A stretch of DNA of 56,283 nucleotides from positions 1 to 56,283 of the forward strand of contig JACOXB010000007.1 of assembly GCA_016176505.1 (NCBI GenBank). The letters run 5' to 3'. The stretch is from Candidatus Colwellbacteria bacterium. Its GTDB lineage: Bacteria > Patescibacteriota > Minisyncoccia > UBA6257 > Colwellbacteraceae. How positions within the stretch are numbered: the first letter of the stretch is position 1; each line of letters begins with the position of its first letter. Of the stretch, positions 1-8,245 are shown piece after piece. The position numbers and the translations under genes are program-made. The notes beneath the pieces were generated by a model that was not told the origin of the DNA, searched no databases, and saw nothing but the letters and a program-made list of their open reading frames with translations.

Positions 1-170
1 GCGATGATGCCGCCGATAGCTAAGGCCCAGTTGTAAAAGCTGTTGATTTTTTCAGCCAGAGTGAGGCCAATGGTTTCCGGTTCTTCCTCAACAGCCAGAG
101 CAACGGAGAAGGAAAAAATAAAAATAAGGGTTGCGATAAGAATAAAATATTTTCTGTTTCTCTCGTTCAT
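1..170 (-). CDS. small secreted/membrane protein, partial (C-terminus lies beyond window start)
   Basis: ATG at 170-168 overlaps (ATGA) the stop of ORF 167..745. It translates as MNERNRKYFILIATLIFIFSFSVALAVEEEPETIGLTLAEKINSFYNWALAIGGII (signal/TM segment, then a second hydrophobic stretch). It is absent from the ORF track only because the window edge cuts it. Confidence 0.4.
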   Translation of the reverse strand, partial: MNERNRKYFILIATLIFIFSFSVALAVEEEPETIGLTLAEKINSFYNWALAIGGII

Positions 171-745
171 TCTTGAAAGTGAACTTCGCCCACCATTCGT
201 TCGCAGGTTGGAATTAATGTCCTATAGGCTTGGCCGATAATTTGGCAATTAACTTCTAAAATCTTTTCCCCAATGAAAAATTGGTTATTTAAAATATAGC
301 TATCCTCAATCAAGCCTCCTTCTTCAGTCGGGCCAGGTACCTCACGGCCTGCTTTAGTGACATAGCCGACACCCACTCTTCCGTCTCTTTCAACCCCTTG
401 GAACTTATTTGGTTCTGACTGCATCAGCTGGTCAGCGGTGATACCGAACAAATTTGGCCTCTCGTAAATACGGAGTTCAGCCGCTATCCCCTCGGCGAGA
501 AACGTGGCTTTCGCCTGCCCCTTCCCATCTTCAAAAACCGTGATTTCCCAAGCCTCGGGAACTTGAAAAGTGATATTAAAAACGGGGTGTTCTACGAACC
601 GCCAGCCTGCTTCGACCCCAGTAACATTAACGATTTCTGACTCGGGCATCGCCTCTTTCTCGCCCCGGAAAGCAAAATAAAGAAGCGCACCAAAGAGAAT
701 TAAAATAACGAGGACGATTGAAATAATCACTCCCCTTCTTTTCAT
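167..745 (-). CDS. membrane-anchored hypothetical protein
   Basis: ORF 167..769. The likely start is the internal MKRRGVIISIVLVILILFGALLYF (ATG 745-743), giving an N-terminal TM anchor. No catalytic motif recognised. Confidence 0.6.
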   Translation of the reverse strand: MKRRGVIISIVLVILILFGALLYFAFRGEKEAMPESEIVNVTGVEAGWRFVEHPVFNITFQVPEAWEITVFEDGKGQAKATFLAEGIAAELRIYERPNLFGITADQLMQSEPNKFQGVERDGRVGVGYVTKAGREVPGPTEEGGLIEDSYILNNQFFIGEKILEVNCQIIGQAYRTLIPTCERMVGEVHFQE

Positions 746-772
746 CACATTTATTATACAACGTCCCAACAG

Positions 773-806
773 AAAAACCCCTCCAACTATAGCCGAAGGG
801 GTTTTT
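773..806 (-). terminator. intrinsic terminator hairpin with A/T flanks
   Basis: AAAAACCCCT, 14-nt loop, AGGGGTTTTT, downstream of ORF 861..1547. Confidence 0.7.
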
Positions 807-818
807 CTTATAACTCGT

Positions 819-855
819 CGGGCTAATAAGCTAAAAGCTAATTAGCTATCGAGCT
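819..855. repeat. GCTAA-rich, stop-dense intergenic repeat, copy R1
   Basis: CGGGCTAATAAGCTAAAAGCTAATTAGCTATCGAGCT lies directly 3' of ORF 861..1547. Related copies are at 1621-1655 (inverted), 1661-1697 and 31558-31592. Confidence 0.6.
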
Positions 856-860
856 TAATA

Positions 861-1547
861 TTAGCGATTCTCAGTCTGGTCGCGGAATCGATCCACTAAA
901 TGACCAGCGTAATCTTTGCCACCTAAGCCAAAAGCAATACCGCCGGCTAGAGCGATCATCGCTACAAATCCGGTAACGAGGGAGTTAACGATCGGGGTCG
1001 CGATTCCCAGCTGAGAAAGAGCAGCCAGAAATCCGAAGACCACTACCGCCCAGTAGGTCAGAGTGCCGAGAAACTTCGCTGAATGAAGTTTGGCACTCGC
1101 GACCGATGCCTGAACCAATCGCCGCAGGAATCCGCCAAGAATAACTGCCGCAAGCATAATAAGTACCGCGACCGCTACCTGAGGAATATACAAGAGTACC
1201 GCCCGGAGGAAACTTGAAAGGGCATCAAATCGAAGAATATCAGCCGCGGCCAAGAAAAAGGCGATCACCACAAACCAGTAGGTTAGCCGGCCGAGAAAAC
1301 GGCCGGTGTTCATGGCCACCCCGCCTCTTTTGAAGTAACGATCTACCCCAGCTTTCGCAAGTAAGGCATCAAGCTTAACCGCCGCGATCACCCGCTCAAC
1401 CAACGCCCCCAATCCAGCCGCAACAATAAGGCCGATGACAAAAACGATTAAGGCGCCGAGGAGCAAGGGCAGGAAGCCCACAAAACCAATCCAGAGCTGC
1501 TGTAACGATGCCACTAAAACCTCTGTCCAAGATTGAACTACCATCAA
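861..1547 (-). CDS. multi-pass membrane protein (repeated TM-helix units; MscS-N-terminal-like, tentative)
   Basis: 228-aa ORF, highly hydrophobic, with several predicted TM helices in a repeated pattern. Confidence 0.7.
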   Translation of the reverse strand: MMVVQSWTEVLVASLQQLWIGFVGFLPLLLGALIVFVIGLIVAAGLGALVERVIAAVKLDALLAKAGVDRYFKRGGVAMNTGRFLGRLTYWFVVIAFFLAAADILRFDALSSFLRAVLLYIPQVAVAVLIMLAAVILGGFLRRLVQASVASAKLHSAKFLGTLTYWAVVVFGFLAALSQLGIATPIVNSLVTGFVAMIALAGGIAFGLGGKDYAGHLVDRFRDQTENR

Positions 1548-1620
1548 ACTAATTCTTAACTTCTAATTCCTTTATCGACCTTTTCATGCAAGATCTACCC
1601 TTTAATTATAGCAAAGTAGA

Positions 1621-1697
1621 GCTAGTTAGCCTGTTAGCAATTAGCTATTAGCCCGTTATTCCGAGCTAACTAGCTAACCGCTATCGAGCTCTCGAGC
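1621..1697. repeat. GCTAA-rich stop-dense repeats, copies R2 (inverted) and R3
   Basis: GCTAGTTAGCCTGTTAGCAATTAGCTATTAGCCCG and CCGAGCTAACTAGCTAACCGCTATCGAGCTCTCGAGC lie directly 3' of ORF 1701..4127. CTAACTAGCTAA has a stop in all three frames on both strands. Confidence 0.6.
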
Positions 1698-1700
1698 TGT

Positions 1701-4127
1701 TTATTGTCTAGGTAGAATTTCCCTGATTGAAGGGGCCACCACGGTAACTGAATCTGAGGCTTGACCCCCATCGTTTTGGCAAGTCAGGGTATAAAGAGTG
1801 GTGCCGCCAGGGGTAACCACTTGCTGACCCGAAGTGGGTTTCGAGCCATTCCAGTCAGAATCGCTTGGGCTTGCCGAAGCTGAACAAGAATCAGCATTAC
1901 TGGTTGACCAGGTTAAAGTGGCAACGCCACCCTGGTAAATCACGGTTGGGTAAGCATCAATATCAACTGTCGGTGGAACATCGCCGCCGCCACCGCCACC
2001 ACCGTCTCCGCCACCGCCGCCATCGTCGCCACTGTCTTCTGGCTCAGAAACATTAATAGTTACTCGGGCCTCTTCAGAGAAATTCTCTCTTTCAATAATC
2101 ACCTTAGCTGTATAGGTGCCGGCGCTTGAGTAGGTGACACCCGTACTCTTAGGGTTGGAATTTACGCCGTCGTATTTAGCATCCCAAGCGCCACAAACCT
2201 GAGCTGCTTCACTGACAGCAACTTTTGGATTATCGCAGTCTTTCCAGAAAGTGTAATTAATAGTACCCGTAGCGGTTCCACCCGCCTTGGCTCTTAAAGT
2301 TGTGCTCAAAGGCGCGTCGCCCGAAGTCGGATTGGCGCCGAGATTAGCTGTCAAGTGATGCTGCTGCTGCTGAACACTAACCGTTACAGAATCTGAAGCC
2401 GCGCCATTAGCGCCGGTACAATTTAAGGTATAAGTTTGATCTGCCGTAAGATTGCCGCTTGAATAATTACCCGAGGTTCCAGTCCAACCAGTTGGCGAAA
2501 CCGTACACGAGCTGACGTTGCTCGAGGACCAGCTAATCATAGCCGAAGTATTATAAGGGATAATAACCGGGCCATCAGAGCCATTAGCTTTAATATCGGC
2601 GCTTGGCGTAATCGGCGCATTAACATTAACGTTCACTGAGTCTGTGCAGGAAGAGCTCCCCGCCCCGGAACAAGTTAGAGTATATCCCTGACTTTGGGTT
2701 AAAGCGCCGGTTGATTGAGAACCCGAAGTCGCTTTTGAACCGCTCCAACTGCCAGAGGCAGTACAAGAAGTGGCGCCGGCTGAACTCCAAGAAAGAGTGG
2801 AAGATCCGCCTGAGGTAACCGAAGTCGGATTGGCATTAATATCAACCGTACAGCCAGTAACATTGCAGGTGGTTGACGCAGAGCAGGTTCCTCCAGCGCC
2901 ACTGCAACTTTGGGTATAACTTCGGCTTGAAGTTAAGGCGCCAGTATTCTGACTGCCCGAAGTACCGCTCCAAACAGTACTATTGGCGCTATTTGTCACC
3001 GAACAAGAAGCAGCGTTAGTGCTACTCCAGGAAACAGCGGCCGAATTACCAGTCGTAACCGAACTGGGATTGCAGTTAATAGAGCAGGTAGGAAGGGGCG
3101 AAGTTACGGTAACTGTTTCCGAGTCAGAACCAGACCCAACAGCGTTAGAGCAAGTAAGAGTGTAGGTCGTAGTTGTAGCGAGGGTACCGGTTGACTGTGA
3201 TCCTCCGGAAACCGACTTCGAGCCGCTCCAACCCCCAGAAGCAGTACAAGAAGTTGGGCTATTAGTAGTGGCCCAAGTAAGAGTACTTGAGTTACCAGAG
3301 ACAACTGAGGTAGGGCTAGCCGTGAGATTCACTGTCGGGGACTTAGGACATAACCCACCAGCCGTAATATTAACGCTGACACTATCGCTTCTCGTGCTAA
3401 ATCCGTTCGTGCACTGCATCCCGTAAGTCCTTGTAAATGGCGGTGGGTTAGGATTGTTGTCCTCTTGACCGGTTCTAGAATAACTTCCGGGGATATTTAC
3501 ATGGGTCCCTGGAGATGGCCACCAATCACTGTTAGCCCCGTTCTGAAAAGTGCAAGAGCCGCCAAATAGATACTGATTGTCCCAAGAAATAGTAAAGTCT
3601 TTGCAAGCCGGGGAAGAATTCGGCCCGCTAACATCAACTATTACATTCTGCTTGCAAGTGCCTGCGCCACTAGTTTGCGACCAGGTGTCATCAGCATTTT
3701 TCACCGCACAAGTTGTATCTTCTGTCCCTTTACACCAACAACTGGCATTGGGATTACAAGCCTGATTTACTCCGCCAGGATAACTAGCACAGGGATCCGA
3801 GGGTGGTGGTGGGCCGCCGCCGTTGCCGTCGCCGCCAACTAAGGTGCAGCCAAGATTCCCCCCGCCAGTGCACTGCCATGCTGGGATACCAGGTTTTGCG
3901 GTGGTCCCACACCAGTAACCACTACCGTCTGTGTGAGAATGAATATCTTGAGCTCCAGTACATTTATCTGGGTTACTAGGATAACAATCGCAACTGTATT
4001 GAGGGTCAACATCGTGAGCCTCAGTCGGCGGCGCCAGGAGTAATTGGAAGATAAAGTAAGAGGCTGCTAGAGATAAAGCGATGAGTAATACCCCTATTAA
4101 ATAATTTTTAGAAAAAGAGTGGGTCAT
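1701..4127 (-). CDS. large secreted/cell-surface repeat protein (Ig-like/PKD-like repeats)
   Basis: 808 aa with an N-terminal TM/signal segment and a Cys-rich N-terminal region. At least 6 tandem Ser/Thr/Gly-rich repeats of about 75 aa follow (NPTSV.SG.SSTLSWSS..A.SCTASG.WSGSK..GSQSTG.LT...YTLTC), then a PKD-like segment and a GGGGGDGGGGGGGD linker. Confidence 0.85.
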   Translation of the reverse strand: MTHSFSKNYLIGVLLIALSLAASYFIFQLLLAPPTEAHDVDPQYSCDCYPSNPDKCTGAQDIHSHTDGSGYWCGTTAKPGIPAWQCTGGGNLGCTLVGGDGNGGGPPPPSDPCASYPGGVNQACNPNASCWCKGTEDTTCAVKNADDTWSQTSGAGTCKQNVIVDVSGPNSSPACKDFTISWDNQYLFGGSCTFQNGANSDWWPSPGTHVNIPGSYSRTGQEDNNPNPPPFTRTYGMQCTNGFSTRSDSVSVNITAGGLCPKSPTVNLTASPTSVVSGNSSTLTWATTNSPTSCTASGGWSGSKSVSGGSQSTGTLATTTTYTLTCSNAVGSGSDSETVTVTSPLPTCSINCNPSSVTTGNSAAVSWSSTNAASCSVTNSANSTVWSGTSGSQNTGALTSSRSYTQSCSGAGGTCSASTTCNVTGCTVDINANPTSVTSGGSSTLSWSSAGATSCTASGSWSGSKATSGSQSTGALTQSQGYTLTCSGAGSSSCTDSVNVNVNAPITPSADIKANGSDGPVIIPYNTSAMISWSSSNVSSCTVSPTGWTGTSGNYSSGNLTADQTYTLNCTGANGAASDSVTVSVQQQQHHLTANLGANPTSGDAPLSTTLRAKAGGTATGTINYTFWKDCDNPKVAVSEAAQVCGAWDAKYDGVNSNPKSTGVTYSSAGTYTAKVIIERENFSEEARVTINVSEPEDSGDDGGGGGDGGGGGGGDVPPTVDIDAYPTVIYQGGVATLTWSTSNADSCSASASPSDSDWNGSKPTSGQQVVTPGGTTLYTLTCQNDGGQASDSVTVVAPSIREILPRQ

Positions 4128-4137
4128 CCCTCTTTAA

Positions 4138-4560
4138 TTATCGTGCATCAGGCGATGGGCCGATCGGAGAGACAGCGAGGTCTTCTTCGCGAATAATAGT
4201 ATTCGCTTTTATTGCCCCTCCCTCTACTTCTCCGACTACTCTTACTACCGCGCCAACCATCACTTCTTCTGGGTTAAAAGCAGTGATTGGTGCCGTATCG
4301 CTGGGTTTGAAAAGATAGGTGCCACTGTCGGTTTGGACTACCAACCGTTCGCCGTCGGCTTCCACAACCAGCTTGCCAGTAGTATTTTCAATAACCTTGC
4401 CCTTAAGAATAACGGTGATCTCTTCAATCGCCGGATGATCTGTTAACCCGAACAGAGTTACTGCTTCTTTTTTAGTTTTTATGTAAATACCAAGACCAGC
4501 AACGGCTGCCAGAATGAATACGACTAAGATTAATAGCACTATTTTTGACCCCTTGCTCAT
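4138..4560 (-). CDS. membrane-anchored hypothetical protein
   Basis: 140-aa ORF with an N-terminal TM anchor (IVLLILVVFILAAVAGLGIYI). A TATAAT box lies just upstream (about 4570-4580, minus strand). Confidence 0.7.
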   Translation of the reverse strand: MSKGSKIVLLILVVFILAAVAGLGIYIKTKKEAVTLFGLTDHPAIEEITVILKGKVIENTTGKLVVEADGERLVVQTDSGTYLFKPSDTAPITAFNPEEVMVGAVVRVVGEVEGGAIKANTIIREEDLAVSPIGPSPDAR

Positions 4561-4603
4561 ACTATTAATTATAGCAATCTGTATAAAAATAGGGTGTTAA
4601 TTT

Positions 4604-4646
4604 CTAAAAACGAGCAGCGCCTGCCCCCGGGACGGGGGCAGGCGCT
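4604..4646 (-). terminator. intrinsic terminator of GC-rich cassette G1
   Basis: Perfect 14-bp stem AGCGCCTGCCCCCG / CGGGGGCAGGCGCT with a 3-nt loop, followed on the minus strand by GCTCGTTTTTAG. It lies 10 nt after the stop of ORF 4657..5487. Confidence 0.8.
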
Positions 4647-4656
4647 CATCGAAGCC

Positions 4657-5487
4657 CTACCTTTGGGGAAGTAGGTAGGGGAAGAACTGGCGGAGTGCCC
4701 TGGTCTCATCGCCGTAGAAGTGAAGACCGTTTTCAGAGCCTGTCCAGGCACTGAACTCCAGGAGAACGTTGTAGTCCCGGAGCCCCGGAATCGGCAACTC
4801 TCTCGCGGGCTTGGTCACAACGGCTAGCACTTCACCTCGCCTGACCCACTCTCCTTGAGTCGGTCCGCTAGGGAAGTGGAGCGCCGGTCCGCTGACCCAA
4901 AGAACCAGACCATCCTTGAAGCCGTAACCGCCTTCGTAGACTGAACCGACGGTGATCCAATCGCTCTCCCAGCGCTGGATCGAGTGATCCGCGGCGAACC
5001 CGATGACGTACTGATCGCCATCGAATGGGACTCGGAGAACGGTTCCCTCCGGCAGGCGGAAGGCAACTCCCCAGGGGCGCCATCCCAACTCGCCTCGGTA
5101 GTACAGCTCTCCGAACCGCACCAGGCGCCCATCGGCGTAGAACTCCTTAGGCACCACCCGGATCCCCAATCCAGACGGTACCACTGGCGGAGGTGTCGTC
5201 GGCGTTGTGGTCGGCTCGGTTGTCGGAGATGTCGACGGGGAAGTCGACGGCTCGGTCGGGCCCACGCTCGGCGAAACCGAGGGCGAAGTCGTCACCCGTG
5301 GCTCCGGCTCCATCCTTACCGCGATGGCCCAAGTCGCGATAACCGCGACCAGAACCAAAACGATGAGGATGGCCAGGCTTCGCCGGAAGCGTCGCCGGTC
5401 CTTCTTCGGAGCTCGGGGTGGAACGTAGATCGGCGGCCAGGTGACATCCGGCCGCACGCGTGATGGCACCTTGGCCACCGTACTCAC
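4657..5487 (-). CDS. GC-rich cassette G1: membrane-anchored protein with Pro/Thr/Ser-rich linker, unknown function
   Basis: 276 aa, GTG start preceded by GGAAAGGAAGG. It has a basic N-terminus, a TM segment (LAILIVLVLVAVIATWAIAV), a PTS-rich linker and a C-terminal beta-rich domain of about 170 aa. GC is visibly higher than in the flanking genes. Confidence 0.75.
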   Translation of the reverse strand: MSTVAKVPSRVRPDVTWPPIYVPPRAPKKDRRRFRRSLAILIVLVLVAVIATWAIAVRMEPEPRVTTSPSVSPSVGPTEPSTSPSTSPTTEPTTTPTTPPPVVPSGLGIRVVPKEFYADGRLVRFGELYYRGELGWRPWGVAFRLPEGTVLRVPFDGDQYVIGFAADHSIQRWESDWITVGSVYEGGYGFKDGLVLWVSGPALHFPSGPTQGEWVRRGEVLAVVTKPARELPIPGLRDYNVLLEFSAWTGSENGLHFYGDETRALRQFFPYLLPQR

Positions 5488-5579
5488 CTTCCTTTCCTTC
5501 TCTGCTTATTCGGTTCTCAAAGTTCAGGCTCGCCTTGCCGGAGCCCAAGAAAACCGACACGACGGGCAATTCTAGCCCT

Positions 5580-5608
5580 ATTATACCCCATTCCCCGCCC
5601 TTTTTCAA
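5580..5608 (-). promoter_or_regulatory. sigma70-type promoter of G1 (TTGAAA-N17-TATAAT)
   Basis: The minus strand reads CTTGAAAAAGGGCGGGGAATGGGGTATAATAGGGCTAGAA. It is nearly identical to the G2 promoter at 7266-7293. Confidence 0.7.
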
Positions 5609-5639
5609 GGGCTGAAAAAGGACAGTCTAAGGAGATACC

Positions 5640-6926
5640 TTAACGGCGGCGAAGGATCGGAGACGCCGAGCGAACAATCCGCCGAACGGCTGGTATGTGT
5701 TTTGGGTTCCCGAAAGTGACTATATTAATCCCTGGCGTATTGATCATCCTTTTAGCGATCCGGATTGTCCGATCGTAGGACATGCGACGTATCTCATTAA
5801 AGATATCTTCAAAATTAGGGACTCGATTTTCAATCATATAGTAAGCGCCGATCTCACTGATAGTCTCGGCATCGGATTCGAAATCAATAAGCAAAGACTT
5901 AATCGCGCTGGCCTTAGTGATCTCGAAGCTGTTGCGTAGATAATCTTTGGAGTAATTTAATCCGTTTCCCTCGATAATGCGCCGTAGGGCCTTCTCAAGA
6001 TCGTTAGTATTATTGAAAATACCGTAAATAGAAAAAAAGACTATTTTCCCAGACCAATATAGAGTGCTCCCCACCCGATATGCCAACCCGTCTTCTTTAA
6101 TCGGTTGCAAAAGTTTATCTATTAAGCCGTTCGCTCTTTGAAGAGAATATCTGATCCTTGGGGTAGAAGCCCGCCATACCGGCACGGATATAAAAAGATA
6201 GGTTTGATTAATGCCTGTTTTTAAAAAATGTTGTACGCGGAACTGGCTAAAAGTTGTTTTGCGCTCCTTAACAAATGGTGGTTTTGGTTTATGGCGTTTA
6301 CCGAAAGCCTGATTAATAGACTTTAATGAAGTTTTATTTAAAGAAAAAGGGGCGGAAATAACTAGGCAGGCGTTACGAGGATGATAGTATCTGGCGTAAA
6401 TATTACGGATACGTTGAAGATTTAATTCCGATACAGCGCTTTTCCGTCCACCAATATCCCTAAAAACAGAGTTTTTTTCTAAAAATCTCACATCGACTAA
6501 ACGGTTAAAGGCCGTCCCGTCCGGATCGTCACCCGCCTCAGCTATTTCATTAATGATGCGGTTCTTCTCGGCCCTTACCATTTCTTCTTTAAAGTCTGGC
6601 TGAAAAAACATTTCTCCAAGAACTTGGGTTGTTTTAGCGAAATTCTCTGGGAGGACGGATACGTTATATTGTGTATAAACACGAAGTGTCTCCGCCCCTA
6701 TACTCGCTCCGATTTGCGGCGCCTCGAGACGAGGACGAGTAGACGCTACAATCAAGTGCTCAATGAGGTGGGCTATTCCTTCAATCGGTTCATTGGCGCC
6801 ACCGATTCTAACAAAAAGACCGATACCGATAGTATTGATTGTTGGTCTTTCGTGCCAAAAAACCTTCAAGCCATTTTTAAGAGTAATAGTCCTAAATCGG
6901 GGAATATAGTAAGCCTTTTGCTTCAT
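5640..6926 (-). CDS. M16 (pitrilysin) family zinc peptidase
   Basis: 428 aa with the inverted zinc motif HLIEH (HxxEH) near the N-terminus, in the typical M16 two-domain length range. Confidence 0.85.
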   Translation of the reverse strand: MKQKAYYIPRFRTITLKNGLKVFWHERPTINTIGIGLFVRIGGANEPIEGIAHLIEHLIVASTRPRLEAPQIGASIGAETLRVYTQYNVSVLPENFAKTTQVLGEMFFQPDFKEEMVRAEKNRIINEIAEAGDDPDGTAFNRLVDVRFLEKNSVFRDIGGRKSAVSELNLQRIRNIYARYYHPRNACLVISAPFSLNKTSLKSINQAFGKRHKPKPPFVKERKTTFSQFRVQHFLKTGINQTYLFISVPVWRASTPRIRYSLQRANGLIDKLLQPIKEDGLAYRVGSTLYWSGKIVFFSIYGIFNNTNDLEKALRRIIEGNGLNYSKDYLRNSFEITKASAIKSLLIDFESDAETISEIGAYYMIENRVPNFEDIFNEIRRMSYDRTIRIAKRMINTPGINIVTFGNPKHIPAVRRIVRSASPILRRR

Positions 6927-6963
6927 GCTTATAGTAATTAAATCACAGAGTGCCTAGAAGTGG

Positions 6964-6992
6964 AAAGGCGCGAATCAGTGACTCGCGCCTTT
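6964..6992 (-). terminator. GC-rich hairpin closing cassette G2
   Basis: AAAGGCGCGA, 9-nt loop, TCGCGCCTTT. The U-tract on the minus strand is weak. Confidence 0.5.
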
Positions 6993-7013
6993 CGGTGGAG
7001 AACGAGGCATCGC

Positions 7014-7070
7014 CTATCCGTGGATCGGCTCACCATCGTCGTCGAACTCTGTCCCCTCCGGGGGTCCCAT
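7014..7070 (-). CDS. G2 small ORF b (18 aa, acidic: MGPPEGTEFDDDGEPIHG)
   Basis: The ATG is preceded by GGAGGAGGTG and the ORF ends before the hairpin. Too short to validate from sequence alone. Confidence 0.3.
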   Translation of the reverse strand: MGPPEGTEFDDDGEPIHG

Positions 7071-7104
7071 GCCTTCATCACCTCCTCCTAGGAGCTTTCC
7101 GATT

Positions 7105-7191
7105 TCACCAGCTCGGCTGGTTGTCGTCCGAGGCAGGTTTCGGAAGAGGCCTGCCGCAGATGCACAGCGGTTGGTCGAGAAGCGAATCCAT
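7105..7191 (-). CDS. G2 small ORF a (28 aa: MDSLLDQPLCICGRPLPKPASDDNQPSW)
   Basis: The ATG is preceded by GAGGAGGCGCTT (strong SD). It is the first ORF after the G2 promoter and leader. Confidence 0.35.
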   Translation of the reverse strand: MDSLLDQPLCICGRPLPKPASDDNQPSW

Positions 7192-7265
7192 AAGCGCCTC
7201 CTCTAGTTATCCTCCACCGTTAAGAAGTGGTTTCGAGGTGCGGGCAAAGAGCTATTTCTAACCCT

Positions 7266-7293
7266 ATTATAGCATTCCCCGCCATTTTTCAAG
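7266..7293 (-). promoter_or_regulatory. sigma70-type promoter of G2 (TTGAAA / TATAAT, 15-16 nt spacer)
   Basis: The minus strand reads CTTGAAAAATGGCGGGGAATGCTATAATAGGGTTAGAA, which is homologous to the G1 promoter. Confidence 0.6.
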
Positions 7294-7350
7294 GGGTAGG
7301 AAAGGGGGCTCCAGAAACTAGAAATAGGGCCGCGAAAATTCCTGAAGAAC

Positions 7351-7638
7351 CTAATTTTTGGAAAATAATCGCTTTCTCTTTCGATTAGCCCTCTCAAAAT
7401 AATCAAGCCACCAGAGTAAGTCTTCTTTAGAAGTGGCCTCGGTTAGGAAAATTTCTAAATTACCCGCCTGTTCCCCTTCAGCGCGAAATTCTTTAACGAT
7501 ATCCTCTATATCTTCCTTGTAAAATCCGGGGCCAGCTAAGCCTATTAAAGCTCCTATCTGATCGTCCCTTAAGGCGAGCATCCTAGATACTATTTCCGCT
7601 CTTTCTTTTTCCTCCCATTGTAGTTCTTCTGCGTTCAT
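7351..7638 (-). CDS. hypothetical acidic helical protein
   Basis: 95-aa ORF immediately downstream of the HExxH protein gene. Confidence 0.6.
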   Translation of the reverse strand: MNAEELQWEEKERAEIVSRMLALRDDQIGALIGLAGPGFYKEDIEDIVKEFRAEGEQAGNLEIFLTEATSKEDLLWWLDYFERANRKRKRLFSKN

Positions 7639-7676
7639 AAATCCTCCTAAATTAAGATGGGTTCTGAGGGGTAGAT

Positions 7677-8219
7677 TTAGTTTTCTTTTAATGGACGGGT
7701 GTGAAGTTTTTTAGAAAGATATAATGCGACAAAGTTGTTAAAGGGTCCTTGTGATCGGGTAAATAATGTGGCTTTACCGTCGCTAGTTCTCCGAACCCAC
7801 CATTTCTTTTTATAAAGTGAGTCGAGCCACATTACTTCTTCTTTAGTCCCCGTTGACTTTAAAAACCTCCTTTGTGCCCGATAAGCCTCTCCCTCGGCTC
7901 TACTACCAAAAGCCCTCTTCCCTCCGTCGTGTTGTCTCAAATGTTCTGCTTCGTGAACTAGTAAAGAGGCAAGATAAGCAAGGCTCGATTCTAAAACCGT
8001 TTGCGTTTTGCATACCCATATCCGTTCTTTATAGAATAACTGATTTTCGTACCCTCTTTTTTGATAAATCAAAATAGCATCCAGAGATTTTATTAACTTA
8101 AATGTTCTAGGCCGATTTCGTTTAACAAATAGTACCGCTCTGCTCATTTTAGAGAGGTCTTTTTTTGATATGCTAACGATTACAATCTCTTGAAATTTTT
8201 TCTTATAGAAAACGGGCAT
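7677..8219 (-). CDS. putative zinc metalloprotease-like protein (HExxH)
   Basis: 180 aa containing LLVHEAEHLRQH (HExxH) followed by conserved Glu residues. No closer family assignment possible. Confidence 0.65.
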   Translation of the reverse strand: MPVFYKKKFQEIVIVSISKKDLSKMSRAVLFVKRNRPRTFKLIKSLDAILIYQKRGYENQLFYKERIWVCKTQTVLESSLAYLASLLVHEAEHLRQHDGGKRAFGSRAEGEAYRAQRRFLKSTGTKEEVMWLDSLYKKKWWVRRTSDGKATLFTRSQGPFNNFVALYLSKKLHTRPLKEN

Positions 8220-8245
8220 CCGACTTCATAAATTATAAATTAGAT

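Noticed and set aside
6950-7084. Alternative 45-aa ORF in G2 starting at the first ATG after GGAGGAGGTG (MKAWDPRRGQ...).
   Set aside because: It reads straight through the cassette hairpin and ends in AT-rich flanking DNA. The 18-aa frame ending before the hairpin is more plausible, though it too is weakly supported.
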